Below, one piece after another: positions 39,251-52,900 of a stretch of 62,754 bases of DNA. The first letter of the stretch is position 1; every line of letters starts with the position of its first letter. The notes under the pieces were generated by a model. It saw only the letters and a program-made list of their open reading frames with translations, made no database searches and was not told the origin of the DNA. Source of the DNA: Stylophora pistillata (taxonomy: Eukaryota). Position numbers and translations under genes: made by a program. Location of the stretch: contig NW_019217814.1 of assembly GCF_002571385.2 (NCBI RefSeq), forward strand, positions 362,417 to 425,170. Reading direction: 5' to 3'.

Positions 39251-42200
39251 GTCAAGTGAATAGTTGTTGTCAGTAGAATAGAACAGGCAAGGCTTTTAAA
39301 TCATCTGCTGATGTTGATGAAATCGACTGAGTGAACTAAACGATGGGCGAAGTGGACGGTGCATGCCTTACAAAGAAAACAAAAACCGGTGTTATCGTCG
39401 CAGATTAAAAGGGATACTGCCAGTTCACAACTGAGGTAAGGTCAGTGACGAGTGATGGTAGAAGCTCCCATATTCCATGCAAACGGCTGGAACAATTAAT
39501 AACAGCGTCAACCAGACGCCTGCGAGTTTCATCGTGTCATGGATCTCTCTATTAAGGTACAATAGAGGTTTAAGCAACTTTCATCCGTTTTAAATCATTT
39601 ACATATGATGGTCCTGGAAGGTTCTGTATTTTACTGATAGCTAGGAGGAAAATTGCTGTAATCTATTAAAGGATCAGGGGTAAGGTCCAGACGTACCAAG
39701 GCATTGAATGACTTCTCCTCCTAATTTCATTGCAGTTGATTGGAGTTTGATAAAGGTTCTTGTAAAGTTCCCGGCTGTCGCGTGCTTCCCCACTGCCGAT
39801 AGAACCTTGCTTTTGAGAGGGTTTACAGAGTTTCTGTCGTCATGGTGACCCTCCACAGCATTCTGAAATCAATGAGTAAAAAGTAGGAAAATGATCTGCA
39901 CAGGATTAGGAAAATTGGAAATTACATCAGTGGCTGCAGTTTCACAAATAACTGCTTTTACAGCCTACGACTAACCAGAACACTCACGTGTTTGCCATAA
40001 TAGGTGGCTCGATCTTTGTTTCAAACGTTAACGGCCCTTCCTTTGTTTCCCGCATGCGCGAGGAAGTTGAAGCAATAACCGATACTCCAGCAGCGTTTGT
40101 TTTCAGGAGATCCACGATACGTTCCCAGATGAAAAAGATGTTCTAAGCAATCATTCGAGACAACGAAAATATCATACAGTTTGCACTTTCGGATACTATA
40201 TGGATCTCGTTGCGTTGGGCACTCAGCTGAAACCTCGATTAAAGGTGGTAAGTTCCAAGAGAAACTGTAGGGCTGCGTGGACGGGGGTTTTTACAAGATA
40301 ATTTGGTTTTTCATGACTCTACTGAGTTAATAATGTGAATCGGCCACCGTAAAGGGATTTTAGATATGACTTTTGAGCATTACTGAGTCCTTCAACAGAG
40401 CGAATCGAAAGACGAAGACGAAGACGAAGACAAAAATGAAGACAAAGACTAACAGCTAACGCTCGAAACGTCACCTTTAGAATCTGAGTCCTTTACGGTA
40501 GCCAGTTCATATTATCAAGTCAGTTGATAAGACCAGATTATCTGGTAAAAACCCCGAATACAATGTTCCTTCCAAGTAGAACTATCATAAGCACAAGAAC
40601 AAGTTAAAAAGCTCTCACTTTTGAAGCAAAGCTGTTGATTTTCAAACAGGGTGGGAACCTTTGTTCAAATTTCTCTGAAGTACGATTCTTGATCATAAAT
40701 CCTTCCCTCGGGAAAAAAACCAGATTGTCAAATACCTCAAAAGAGTAGACACGAGAGGGAGGAAGGAGTCAGGGTTTCCTAACACAGAGTTTTAATTCTC
40801 GCTTCTGTCATTCTAATGTTTGTGGTAGCAAGCCTTTGAGACGTTTAGCTGAGTCATCAATTTGCTTATCAGTTAAAATGCAAACTGCATTTTGGTAACT
40901 GGAAGCATGAGATCAGTGTTTCCTCACGCAACCTTTTCATAACTCAATGATTTGGCTGATTTAGCTGCACTTGCATCCGTACACAAGAGAACAGTGCCCT
41001 TGCGTTTTCATACATCTCATGTTGAGTATTTGTTTTGTTATAATCATTTCATCAACAATTAACAATCCTAATGGGCTCATTCAAAATGGTGATGAAGGCA
41101 TTTAACGTAAAAAACTTGCACCCCTCTACGAATCCTTCAAATCTTGCGTAAGTTTCATTTTAGAAGTAGTATCCCACAGATATTTACTGATGGGCACTCT
41201 CTGGGGTCTTAAACAAGGAGTTTAAAATAATGGCTATCGATTGCCAAGCCTTTCGTGGTACAATTATCCAATTTTTCCAAATTTATACCCATGGGGAAGC
41301 GAGCCTCGTTGTAAATTGCAAGAGTCTTTGTATAATACTCCTTTCCTTTAATCGATCACTTTAAACCGATGGTTTGCTAATTATTCAAAAAAAGGTGGGG
41401 TGCAAATGGTAGAAATAGACACATGATAGGTTTTTTGTAACAAAACAAAATTGTATTTACATCTAACTTATTGTTGTTGTCGACCACGAGACAAATCAAC
41501 AATACCCAGCTAAGCAATGATGAGTAACACATCATCATTATGCAATGTGTACAAACAAGTTTTTCGTAGTCATTACAAAAATGAAAACGAATTTCAAATA
41601 TTCAATTGTACCTCGCGTTCCCTTGAAGGACCCTATAAATTTTTCACGACTTTTTGCATGATTGATATTCATGATATTTCACCTGTCGGAGATAATCTTC
41701 TGGCGGCATAACTCTTCCGCTCTCTCGAGATACTAATAATAATTACTGTAAGGGGCCGAGTCACGATTGAGGATATTCCTTTATCTGTTTGGTAAGTGTT
41801 TTGATTTAAAATTCAATTTAACTTCATCCATTTTTTTTTCACAAAAGTTTGATCATGATTTACCAGTGTATTTTATATCGCGTGCGCGTCGAACTCGCTA
41901 AATACGGATTCGACGAAAGATCATGATTGTTTTTTATGTGTTCCAAACGATTTTGCTTGGAATTGATTCCTTGCGGTCAGTTGTGACCCTGAGTGGAGAC
42001 AAATTAGCCAGCATGACTACAAAAATGCTGAATTCGAGTAAAACTTCTTAGAACGTGGAGAGTAAACAAAAACAGTTATTTGTCACGACCAGGTTTAACT
42101 TGTAATTGCGAAGTTCGTTTCGATACATATCAAGCATTAGATATGATTAAAGATTAATAATTAATTTCGAAAATACTGTAAAATATATGTATGTATACAT

Positions 42201-44019
42201 ACATATACCTATACCATAGGGAGCTTTTAGATTTTCATTCCAACTTATCCTTCTCTGTGTTCCTGGTATTTGTAACTCTATACGCGTTTACTTCACTGGT
42301 GCAAGTTAAAACAATCAGCGTAGCCTCTTTGTAGTTTTGTACGTATCATAACAACACCTTGATAATGGAAAGTCACTTTATATCAACGACACATGATATT
42401 GCAGAAAAGTGTAAAGGTTGCAATTTTTCGGGTAGTGTGTGTGCAATAAAAAAGGTCATTAAAACAGCCTCGTTTAACTTGCAGAACCTATCAGATGATG
42501 TGGTTTTCTTTTTCTGTATTTGAAAGACCTTAACGAAATGTTAGGAAAACAGTTACTATGGGTAACATGAAATCGTTTTTGGAATGGCCCGAGAGTATTT
42601 CTCTGCTAAGCCTCGAGCCAGAAATTGGCGAGGTTTACAGTCTTTCACCTTAGTTGTATGATGCGCTTTTTTAACTTCACACTTAGTTAACCAAAGAAAA
42701 TTCCTGTGGCAAAACTGCGCAAACTTTGCGTGATTACAATGAAGTTTAACGCGGGTGCAAACAAAAGATTCTTCAAAATATCTTCCTGAACTGATAAAAT
42801 GTAATGTTAAGCTTTTATCAAAATGATTTCCTCTTGCCTTCATCTGCAATAAAAATAAGAAGATTTTTTCAAGACGATGAAATAAACCAACAGCAACATT
42901 TTGAGTCTTATTCTTAAAATTCTCCAGGCGAACTCGAACTAATTGATTGCAACCCTTTTAATTTTGATAAAGAAAGAAATGCTAATATAGATAGCTTTAC
43001 TAATTAAGGATGACAGGTGAGTGTTTTATTTTGATCTATCAATTTTTTAACAAACCATGCTTTTACAGAAATATTTTAGCCCTGAGTGTATTGAAATTAA
43101 GTTTTTAGCTATTTTTGCCTATCGATGTCACTTATTGCTATTACTCTTATTTATCGAACGCGGATGAACGAGGATAAACACCCTTACTGTACGCATATTC
43201 AAATGAATCCTTGAAATGTTTTTAAGACGAATTTTTTATGAGAATTTCTCGCTCCTTAGTGATTATCCTTCCCGAATTTTATATGACTTTGCGCCGATTA
43301 AAAGCAAAGGTTGTTTTCAGACGCTAAATTTTAATACGCTGTTCAAGGTTTTAATTTAGGCATCGGACGCTTTGACGACTTCTCCATACGCATTGGGCTA
43401 TATAATTGAGCAACACTGCCCGAGGAAGTTGGAATAGTCATTTAGCAGTTTGATATGATAAACTGTTTCGTTTAGCATATATTGACAATGACAGCTGCCG
43501 GAACCTTTCGCTCCTCCACTAAAATTTAGAGGATATTATTACGCGCACTACTGAGCAAGTCGCCAGTCAGCATAGGTATGCAGAACGAGAAATTCGCGCT
43601 CCGCATGGGTAGAGGAGAAACAGGGTAAGTATTCAAGTACGGTGTTAAGAAGAAGCCATAGGTTTAGTAAAGAGATATTAAACAGGTATGCTGCTACATG
43701 CTGTTCGGAGGGGGACTGGGTAAATGAGCCGTAACAAATTTACATTAGTTGTAGTTTTAATACAAAATGAAATATTATACAGTTGCTTATACATTATTTC
43801 ATGAATCTATGCTGAATACTCACACCTCAGCTGACGGTTGATCTCAATTTAAGCCTCTTCTTATATATACGACCGTGTATCTTTAATAGATCCTTAGTTG
43901 GGTTTCATATGGGGTTATAGGCTTCCCCTACCCTGTCACCTTGAAAATTAAGTTTCCCGGAAGACCACGTCTCCGATCACGTAAATCACATCTTCGATTG
44001 CCGTGTTGCCAGCATGGTT

Positions 44020-44091
44020 GTCCTGATAGTGTAGTGGTCATCACACCCGACTAGTAACAGGGGGACGAGGGTTCAAATCCCGCTCAGGGCA
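44020..44091 (+). tRNA. tRNA-like gene or pseudogene, anticodon AGT (Thr)
   Basis: Acceptor stem GTCCTGA/TCAGGGC, A box TAGTGTAGTGG, loop CTAGTAA, B box GGTTCAAATCC, downstream TTTT. Mismatches in the anticodon and T stems. Confidence 0.6.
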
Positions 44092-47000
44092 AATTTTATT
44101 TTCAAACATTTATTCTATTTATATATATATAACACTGGGCGAGCTTCGTTGACCAAAGTAATGAGCTGGCCAATTATGTGGAAATTGAATGAAAACGTAG
44201 GGTTATTATCACAATTTTTCGCACACGTGTAAACCGGCTTAAAAAGGTTCATCCATTTATCTTGTAACAAAATTTGTCGGAGCATCTCGTGTAACAATAT
44301 CTCCAAGGGCTTACTACGCTCGTTGTGTCAGAACACTTTCTTAGTAAAGGAACTCGGTCCGTCGGAATACATTTTAGAGAAAGAACGGCAAATTGAGCGT
44401 TTTTCTAGCAATTATTGCACAGTTTTCGTCTGTAGCGTTTAATACCAAAACAAAGGCTTCCTGATTGATGGATTTCGGTCAAAGCAAGGGGGAGGTAGTA
44501 GCCCGGTTCGCGTCGGAAAAAACGTCTGTTTAGCTTCAGCGAACCTCTATTACAGTTACCATGAGGGCGCGTGTTCACAACTTACTAACTCAAAAACTCA
44601 AGAGACTACGTAGATTTGCACGTGGCTGTAGCATTTCCTGTGCCTTTTTATTTTGATAATGATTACGTTTGCCGTTTCAAGTAGCGAGTGAGAACAGCCA
44701 AAGTTATCCGGCGTTAAGAAAGCTCACTGAGTTTTCGAGTCGAGCAGCTGCTGTTTCCAAACAGGGAAACAGTAGGTCAAATGAAGTCGTAATGGGCTTT
44801 TTACCGTTTGGGTTAAGCCCTCAGCAGTAACTTTACTGGATAACAATTATCTGATTTGATGTTTAGGAGCCAAACATGATAAGATTTTCAATAGCTATAG
44901 CGTGCCAGTTAAACCACAAATTATTTGTTTCTGAAGCCTTTCACGGTTTCCTCCGAGCAATATCATGGAAAAATTGACCGACAAAAGAACCCGGCTGAGT
45001 TAGTATATTTACCAGCGCCAAGTATGAAGTGACTCCGAGCTGCCTCGGGCAAGTTCAATAATGTTTAATTGCTCTCAGAGTTTTACCTTAACAATGAATT
45101 GAGTAATAGTGTTTTTGTGGCTAAAAAGCACAGTATGGTGCGATGCCGAAAAATGTTTGATGGGTTCATAACACACAGATGCGAATACTTAAAAATAACC
45201 TCTATAGACAATTTTTTTACTGTGGACGTTAAAAATCGTAGAAATTTCACAAGTTGTTCTTGTGCCACCAGCAAAAGCGCGCGGAGAATTATTACTTATT
45301 CCGTTTTAAGCTTTTGAAATATGACTGTCCTCAGTGACTCCAGAGTAATTGTACACTCCATTATTGGTCCGCCTTACAGAAAAAAGTTCTCTTCTGTTTT
45401 TTTTTTTTAGAAGACTTTTAGAAAATGTCTTCCAAATAAGATTAATAATGAGCTGGTGAAATCAAAGACTGGCACCAAATCGATGTCAGTACTCAATCAC
45501 TTTAATACATTATGTCGTTGTCAATCTCCTCATGGCCAATAAGCTGACAAAATACTCAGGTAGATTGTCGAGAATTTCAAAAATATTCTCGAGATTCTTT
45601 CAGCTTATCCCTTATTTTCAAAACAGCTTTTCAGGTGGTACTAAGGCCTAGCTGCTGCTTTTATCAACCTGCTGACAACATGACACACAACAAAAGAAGT
45701 TTTTATATTGATAAATTTGAATGATTTTTTTCCGTGGTACATGCAACCTAAGAAATTCGCTGAGTTAAAGTTTAAAGTTTTCAGGTTTATTTGTAGGGAA
45801 CTCGAAGAAGATACCTCTTATGATGGTCTGCAAAAGATATTTTCATTGTTCGTTCATATCATAAAGGAAAACGTTGAAATACAATAAACCGAGCTGAGTG
45901 TGAAAGAGGATCCCTATTATGGCTGGAAAAACTGCTTATTTGTTTCTTTGCTATTTTGTCTCATCATGATTAATAATACAGGATATCTAATGGCCTAACA
46001 GGTGTAGATATCTATTACGGCTGGTGCCTTTTTGAAAAGAACGCGACTCATACGGGCCTTGCGCGGCAACCTGTCCGTAGAGATTATTTTGCCTATTCAC
46101 TTACACCCACGTGTCCTAAAAAGACCACTTGTTCAATACCATACTTTGCAATCGATCTGCTCTGACCGCTGTTGCGCGCGCGCGTGTGAGGGGACCTCCA
46201 CCAGTCTCAGTCCTGATTTCGATTGCTTTGGATGTATGTGGTGCTGACAGTGTTGGACGGTAAGAACCTTGCCATTAGATTTCAGGTATTAGTGAAAATA
46301 GCCCATATAACCAAAACGTAAATGCAGTGTAAATACCACCGTAATTCGTATATAGCGCGCGTTCTTTAAGGACGTTAGCAACAGCATCTGTAGGTAGGGC
46401 TTAATTATATACTAGGTTATTCATGGCTGCCGAAAAGAGAACAATTAATTAATAACCTTACTCATGACAGAAAGAGTAAAATGACATTAATCCTAAAAAG
46501 CCACGAGTTTAGCTCAGCTGTAAAAGTCTGAACTCTCAGTACATTTTTTTTCCCAGTGGGTATGTATAAATGAAATGTTTTACATCAGCTTGACCCTATA
46601 GCGTTGATTTCCTCCGTTCGATTGGTTAGCACGCGTCGCATTTCTAGGTGAAAGGCGCGCCGCCGCCAGTCAGTAGCTGCTATGAGCCTGGCCGACACCA
46701 ACCAAATCAAATGTTTTTTTTATTACGGGGAGGTACTATCGTTAACATTTAGTTTCGCGGTATTTCTAATTAAACTCCAGTTGTGTTTCTTAATGTTTAG
46801 ATGGCTCAGATTGATAATCTGCTAATTTTTCCATTGCCCCTAAAAGCATTCAATGACTGTAGTTTCTTCAAACGGGGATAAATGACATCCTGTACAAGCC
46901 TTGAAGACCATTAGCCGGCAGAACATGTCAAAAAACTCGACTATTATTTTCCATTTATCAGAATGTTAACCCGCAGGTTCTCATTTGTCGAATTAAATGG

Positions 47001-49941
47001 TTCTTTCAAGCAGGTTCACTTATTACGAATTCATTAGCAAATGGCGAGATTCTAAAAGGAATATAAGCTTTATTAATTTTCGCGCGGAACGGATGACGTC
47101 ACGATGTTATTTTTACTGGAGAAAATTGGATTATTATATATCTTCGCCTGTCAATATCATATATTTCGCTCAAAGAACACGTCCTTTCTGATATTCGTTT
47201 TCTTTAATTCCGAAACTTTCTTACTCACTGTTTTCGAAATCTTTTCAGCTTGGTACGCTTGTTTGTTATCACGGGGGACATATTTCAGTTATGAAACCAT
47301 CCATTCCGTGAATAAAGTAAATTCATTATTTTATAGATTACATTACTAACTAGATACGGCATTTTATCCCGTAACCCACAGGCTACAATCAACGTATTTA
47401 ACACCTTTGAAAGGCCATGCTTTGTGCACATGGCCTTTCGCCATTGGCACACTGATGAGTACAATACAAATGATCGAGTTACCCGGCCCGGCTTTTTCTA
47501 AGTCAAACTAGCGTAACAGGTAATGGGCCGATTTGATTTAAATGTGTTTCTCAGTCCCTTTGTAAATAATGCCACACCTGGCCTGTTTTTAATTTGCGGC
47601 GAGAATTGATATAAAAATTTTTTATATATATAAAGCCGCGCGCATGTACCGCTTGACAAATTAATTTTGATCTTTCTCTCTAGTCATCAAATTATGACCG
47701 AGATGTTCGGCTCGAAAGATGACTTCAGTTGCCCGAAATTTGCGACGGCTGAGAGTTACATTGGAATTTTGTCAACTTATCGCGGAAGGATACATCACTC
47801 CAAACTTGCCCGTAAAGGCCCGGATTCAACGGTGAGTTTGACCAAGGGAGTGAGAGCCGCAATTTTATTTCACTGCCGCTTATGTAAACACTATTGAATG
47901 CACACACCCTGTTGGTATTGTATGGCGATTAGAGATGTCAAATTGTGCCATTTTATACCTCAGAATCCCTCTTTGTCATGTGCGACATGAACTAACGCAG
48001 TGGTGGAGCTCGGAGGGGACCGATGGAATTGGCCTTAATGTAAATTTTTATCCTGAAAGTTTTTTAACTTGTAGAGAACAGATTAATGCTGGTCTTACTG
48101 TTATCATTTTGGGTGAACTCCACTGAGATCCAACGAGAAATATGCGCTCGCGTTCACGAAAAATTATTTCTCGCGCGGTTGATTTCTGAGACCGTTCCAA
48201 ATATTTTGGAAAAAAAATTATAAGAATTAAGGAAAACTGGCCGTGATTAATTAAAGCTGTGATCATTAGGAAAATGTTGGCCATGGTTATTAAGTTTGCT
48301 TATCCAAGCTGCGTTAGTAAGGAGCTCATCAAACTAAATTGTTTTGACGGCGCAAATTGAAATGTATCTTATATGGATTTTAGGCCGCAGTGAATGCCAT
48401 GGAAAATTATTAATTTGATTGGACACAACTTGAGCTAAACTACACTCTAATATTTGGCATTTCCTTTCCCCGTGGCTTTTTTAATATCAGTCACAGGCTG
48501 ACAAACATAAGTGCTTCCGATGTTTACAAAAGAATATCATACTTTATTTTTTCAAAGTTGTTGCATTTAATATGTAGATTTCCCTGGTAACAATAAATTC
48601 GCCGATTGCAATGTAACGTACAAATTGTCAAATCCCTTTCGAAGACGACTTTCTGTTAGCATATTGACATTTATAAAGGGTATATAGATTCGAGCATTGA
48701 AGAGAGCTTGACTAATCTTCATAGCCAAGAGATTAACATTTTTGTCGCTGTTTATCTGACAGGAAAAAACAAGACAAATAAAAGATCGTTTCACCAAAAT
48801 AGATACAGGGTCTAGCTTTGTATTCTAATTGGAGCATTCTGGCGTAACAAGTATTAATAGGAAAGAAGTTTTCTTATCGCACGGGTGGAAGCTTTCATTA
48901 TTATTAGCGCGCGAAAACAGTCAGAGATAAGGATAGAGAAGTATTACTTGATTAATTATCGCCAAGCTCTTGCATTTATAATTCGCAGCTGCTTTCAATA
49001 ATTCTATTCTTGTTTGAGGACAGAGAAAAAAAAACACAGTTACGCTTTCTGAATTAATCGAACTTCGAAGATTTCAACGAAAGAAAAAAATAAAGTTACG
49101 ATTTCATTTCTAAATTTGTGATCAGTGGACTGGTGGCGATGTTCGAATAGAGACGAATGCGTTTTCTTTTGCAACCACACAAAGCCACCCATATCGCAAA
49201 AACAAAGATGATTAATTTTTTTTCTTTTCTAAAGGCTGAGAAGCTGAAAATTAATAATACGGAAAGAACAACAACAATTTTACAATTTTGGGACAAAATA
49301 AACCGAGATCCAGGGGAGACAAACCTTTTCAATTTCTTTTGTTGACAATTTTTGAATGCATAACAAATAGAAATGCTTGAAGATGGTTGATTGAAAGACG
49401 ATCCTTTATTAGTTCGGGAAAGAATTAATTGTAATCTCCAAAAAACATTAATAAATACAATGATTAATTCCACTGGCGCGTCGAGTTTTATGGTCACGTG
49501 GCCTAACTTAATTGGTGATAATTAATTACAGTGAGAAATCGAATCTGCTTGGCGGACATTGCGCATGTCATAATTGTTGATTTCAATGGAATGCCCCATC
49601 AAAGATGTGTCATTCGATGTTTGAACTCCAACTGGTCGAGTTATGTCTTCGGAAATTTTGTCGGCCAATACGGATCACTTCCAGGAAATAGGCTTTTTAT
49701 GAAACCCCCGTGATTATTAAAATTAAATTTTTGTAGAGCGGAACGTTGGAGCCATGGAAAAGGGGTCAACTGAATCACAACAGAAGCGTAGCGTTGTAAG
49801 TCCGTGTTTTGTCGTCCCCTGATTTGCATTTTCATTTGATAGCTAATCTATTGATTAATTAAAATGGAAAGTGTTTATGATCTCGTAGCCTGAGGTCGCG
49901 TTTCTTTCATTCATCTCTTCCTGTGTTTGTAAAGTTGTAAC

Positions 49942-52900
49942 ATGCTTTTGCAGTCCTCCGCCGATCGAGATGGACTGCGGACGGACCGTGACATCAAGCG
50001 GGAATCATCCTCTCCGCAGACATTCAAGCATCATCGCTCGTCGTTGTCGAGCGGTTCCGTGGAAAGCCGGATGGCGGAACTTGATGATATTCAACGGTCA
50101 ATGGAAGTGGAGGAAACGGAGGAGGAAAGCTTTGAGGAGGAGAGGTTTAAATCGCGAGAACATTACGATACGGACTCCGATAGTGTCTCTAGTGGGCGCG
50201 AAGCCGCATCATATCAACAAGGAGCTCGCGTGCAGACTCAACAGCCCCCTTCCCCGGTAGAAACTTACATCAACAACAGTGTCAGCGGGGTAGACAGAAT
50301 TCCTACTCACGAATGGACCTTTGAGGAACAGTTCAAGCAAGTAAGTGCTGCATGTTTCATTTAAACCCTCTGATGGTTTGATTTTCTCTAGCAGAAATCT
50401 AAGCCGCAAACATTTTTTGGTTTTACATCTCGAGGACCATCATTAATCAACTTTGCTTCGTAAAAAGTTGACACATCTCAAGCGAATATTAATAATTATT
50501 GTTCCAAACAATTCCAGCTTTCGCAGCTTTAATCGATTTATTCATTCCCGTGTTGTATTCAAGTGAATTCCAGCGTTCAATGTCTCCGCGAGCACCATTT
50601 GAGCTTATACATTTAGCGTCTTTGTCGACGGACGCTAATCTCTCTTTCTAAATCGTTCTTTAATAGAAGGTGAGTTATGGGTAGCGGTGCATATTTTGCC
50701 GGCGTGTTTGACACGACGATTTTGTTTCTTTATGACATTTTGACAACGAGCGTTTTTAATTTTCTACCTTCGGGGGCCGCTCCGCGCGATCTTTGCCGTA
50801 TTCTCGAAGAACATAATAACAAGACTTAGAATGAAACGTAGGATTATAAGGGTGTGTAGAAGTTATGATACTGGCCTTGATAAAACGGTGATTTGGGAGT
50901 TTGACGCGCGAATATCGGCTTTATTGAATTAGTGGGTCATAGAATGTGTAGTTTTAATTAACCTATGATACAAATTTGCATACCTGGCTTATCACCTGGG
51001 CGAAATGAAATATTGTATTTGTCATAAGAAATTGAAGGCAGAAGAATATTTAGCTCGGTTTTATTTAATAGCAGATAAGTTCTTAGTTACTTGTACCAGA
51101 AAGGGGAATAATTTTTTTCTTGACTTTTACCTTGGATTATGCTGTAACTTGTTATTATCTGTAACCTACAAAGATACATGTAAGCTACACAACAATACTG
51201 CCTTCAATTAATATTTAATAATAAGCCAGAGTTAATATAGGCCCTTGGCAATTGCAAAGTTGGATTACAGCTCTTTTTAGGTGGCAGGTTGACCCGCCAC
51301 CTGTCACTCATACAGCTTGTCATTTTTAGTCTCACTGTATTTTTTTGGCAAATACTGATTGGCCACCAAACTTTGGATATTGTGTGGTGTGTCACAGCTT
51401 AGGAATCATTCATGACCTTTATAAAGTCTATTTGACACGAGATATCTACAGCAGATGGATAAGTTAATGGCCGTCTTGGCGGAAAATATACTGGCAGTCA
51501 TTAGATGTGGGCTCACTGAATAGGCAAGGATATTTACCTCCATTTTAATAGATATTGTAAATTATTGTCAGATACAACATCCTGTTTCTTTTCACGAACA
51601 AACAAGCCCCAGCTTCAATTTGACACTGTAATTAAAACTCTCAATGCTGCATGGAGTGTAAGAACTTTCTTGGAGGTAATATGCCTGCTGTTTTTCTGTG
51701 TTCAGTGATTGTAATTTGACATCTATCCAGTGAAATTTGAGGTGCTCGTATTCGTGAATGCATTACTTTTATTTCAACATAATCCTCAAGTCATCTTTAA
51801 TAAAGCTTTTAATCTTCTTAAGTATTTCTAAGATATTCTTTGTAGTTCTTCTTTGATAAAATCAATAGGTATATCTTTCAAATGGAAGCTATGGCATATT
51901 GCTCCTACTCTTTCATTTGCTGAAAGCCGTTACATTATTTTAGAACTGGCAAGAAAAAATGATGGAGTTCCACCTTTCCTGGTAATTAATCTTTAAGCAC
52001 TTCTCAATTTCACTTCTTTGAATCCCTCTCAAAAAGAGTATTTAAGGTGAAAAATTATTTCTGTGAGAATTGTTTATTAGTTTTGATCTCCAACACTAGG
52101 AAGTGTAATGTTTTATCTCTAGTGTGCTGCATGATTGAATTTAACTGCCATATGTGTTTCGTGATTTCTTAAAATAAGTTACTTTTTTGGGTTTACCTGT
52201 TACTAATTTTTGCACCATTTATCAAAACTTCATTAGTCAAGCTGCTGGATTTCTGGATATAATGCTAGCAACACATGTTGATTCAATCAAATGATATTTT
52301 TAGAGAGCTATCATTCATGTATGTTTCATTGATCTTGCATGGTTAATTTATCGGAGACTTCAAAACTTCTTGGGATTTCATTGAAAAACCCTTCAATGGT
52401 ATCTGTGAGAAAGAAAATAGAACAAAATAACCCTTAGTTTCAGTACTTGTGCAAAGTTGATAGAATGCATTTGTGAATATTAAATGTTGCGTTTGAGAAG
52501 AAGTTTAAGCAATAAGAAGACAATATTACAATTCAGTTTTGTTATGATCAGATGGCTGCAATATTGCTTTTGCAGTCTAACTTGTTAGTAATGAAAACAA
52601 ACTAAGTGGTGTTTAGGTTAAACATGCGTTTTCATCCAAGTTCAAAATGCAAAATTTCCGTAAAGATTAGTTTTAGAGAGAGTTTGGAAAGGCGATATGT
52701 TTTTGTAACACAAATGCATGCATTAGGTGTATGTAGAATAATGATTAATCATTTCCTAGTATATTAGCATGAATGGCTTGTAACCTGAAAGAAGGAGTGA
52801 ATGATGTTCTAACATGCTCAGATGATGAATCAATATCAATTGAGAATGCAAAGAACCCGAAGAATCTGATTTAAGTATTGTCACCTGCATGGTTCTGCTG

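Noticed and set aside
39300-40220. Coding-like degenerate stretch on the minus strand
   Set aside because: Multiple stops and no recognisable family. Probably an old transposon remnant, but a call cannot be supported.
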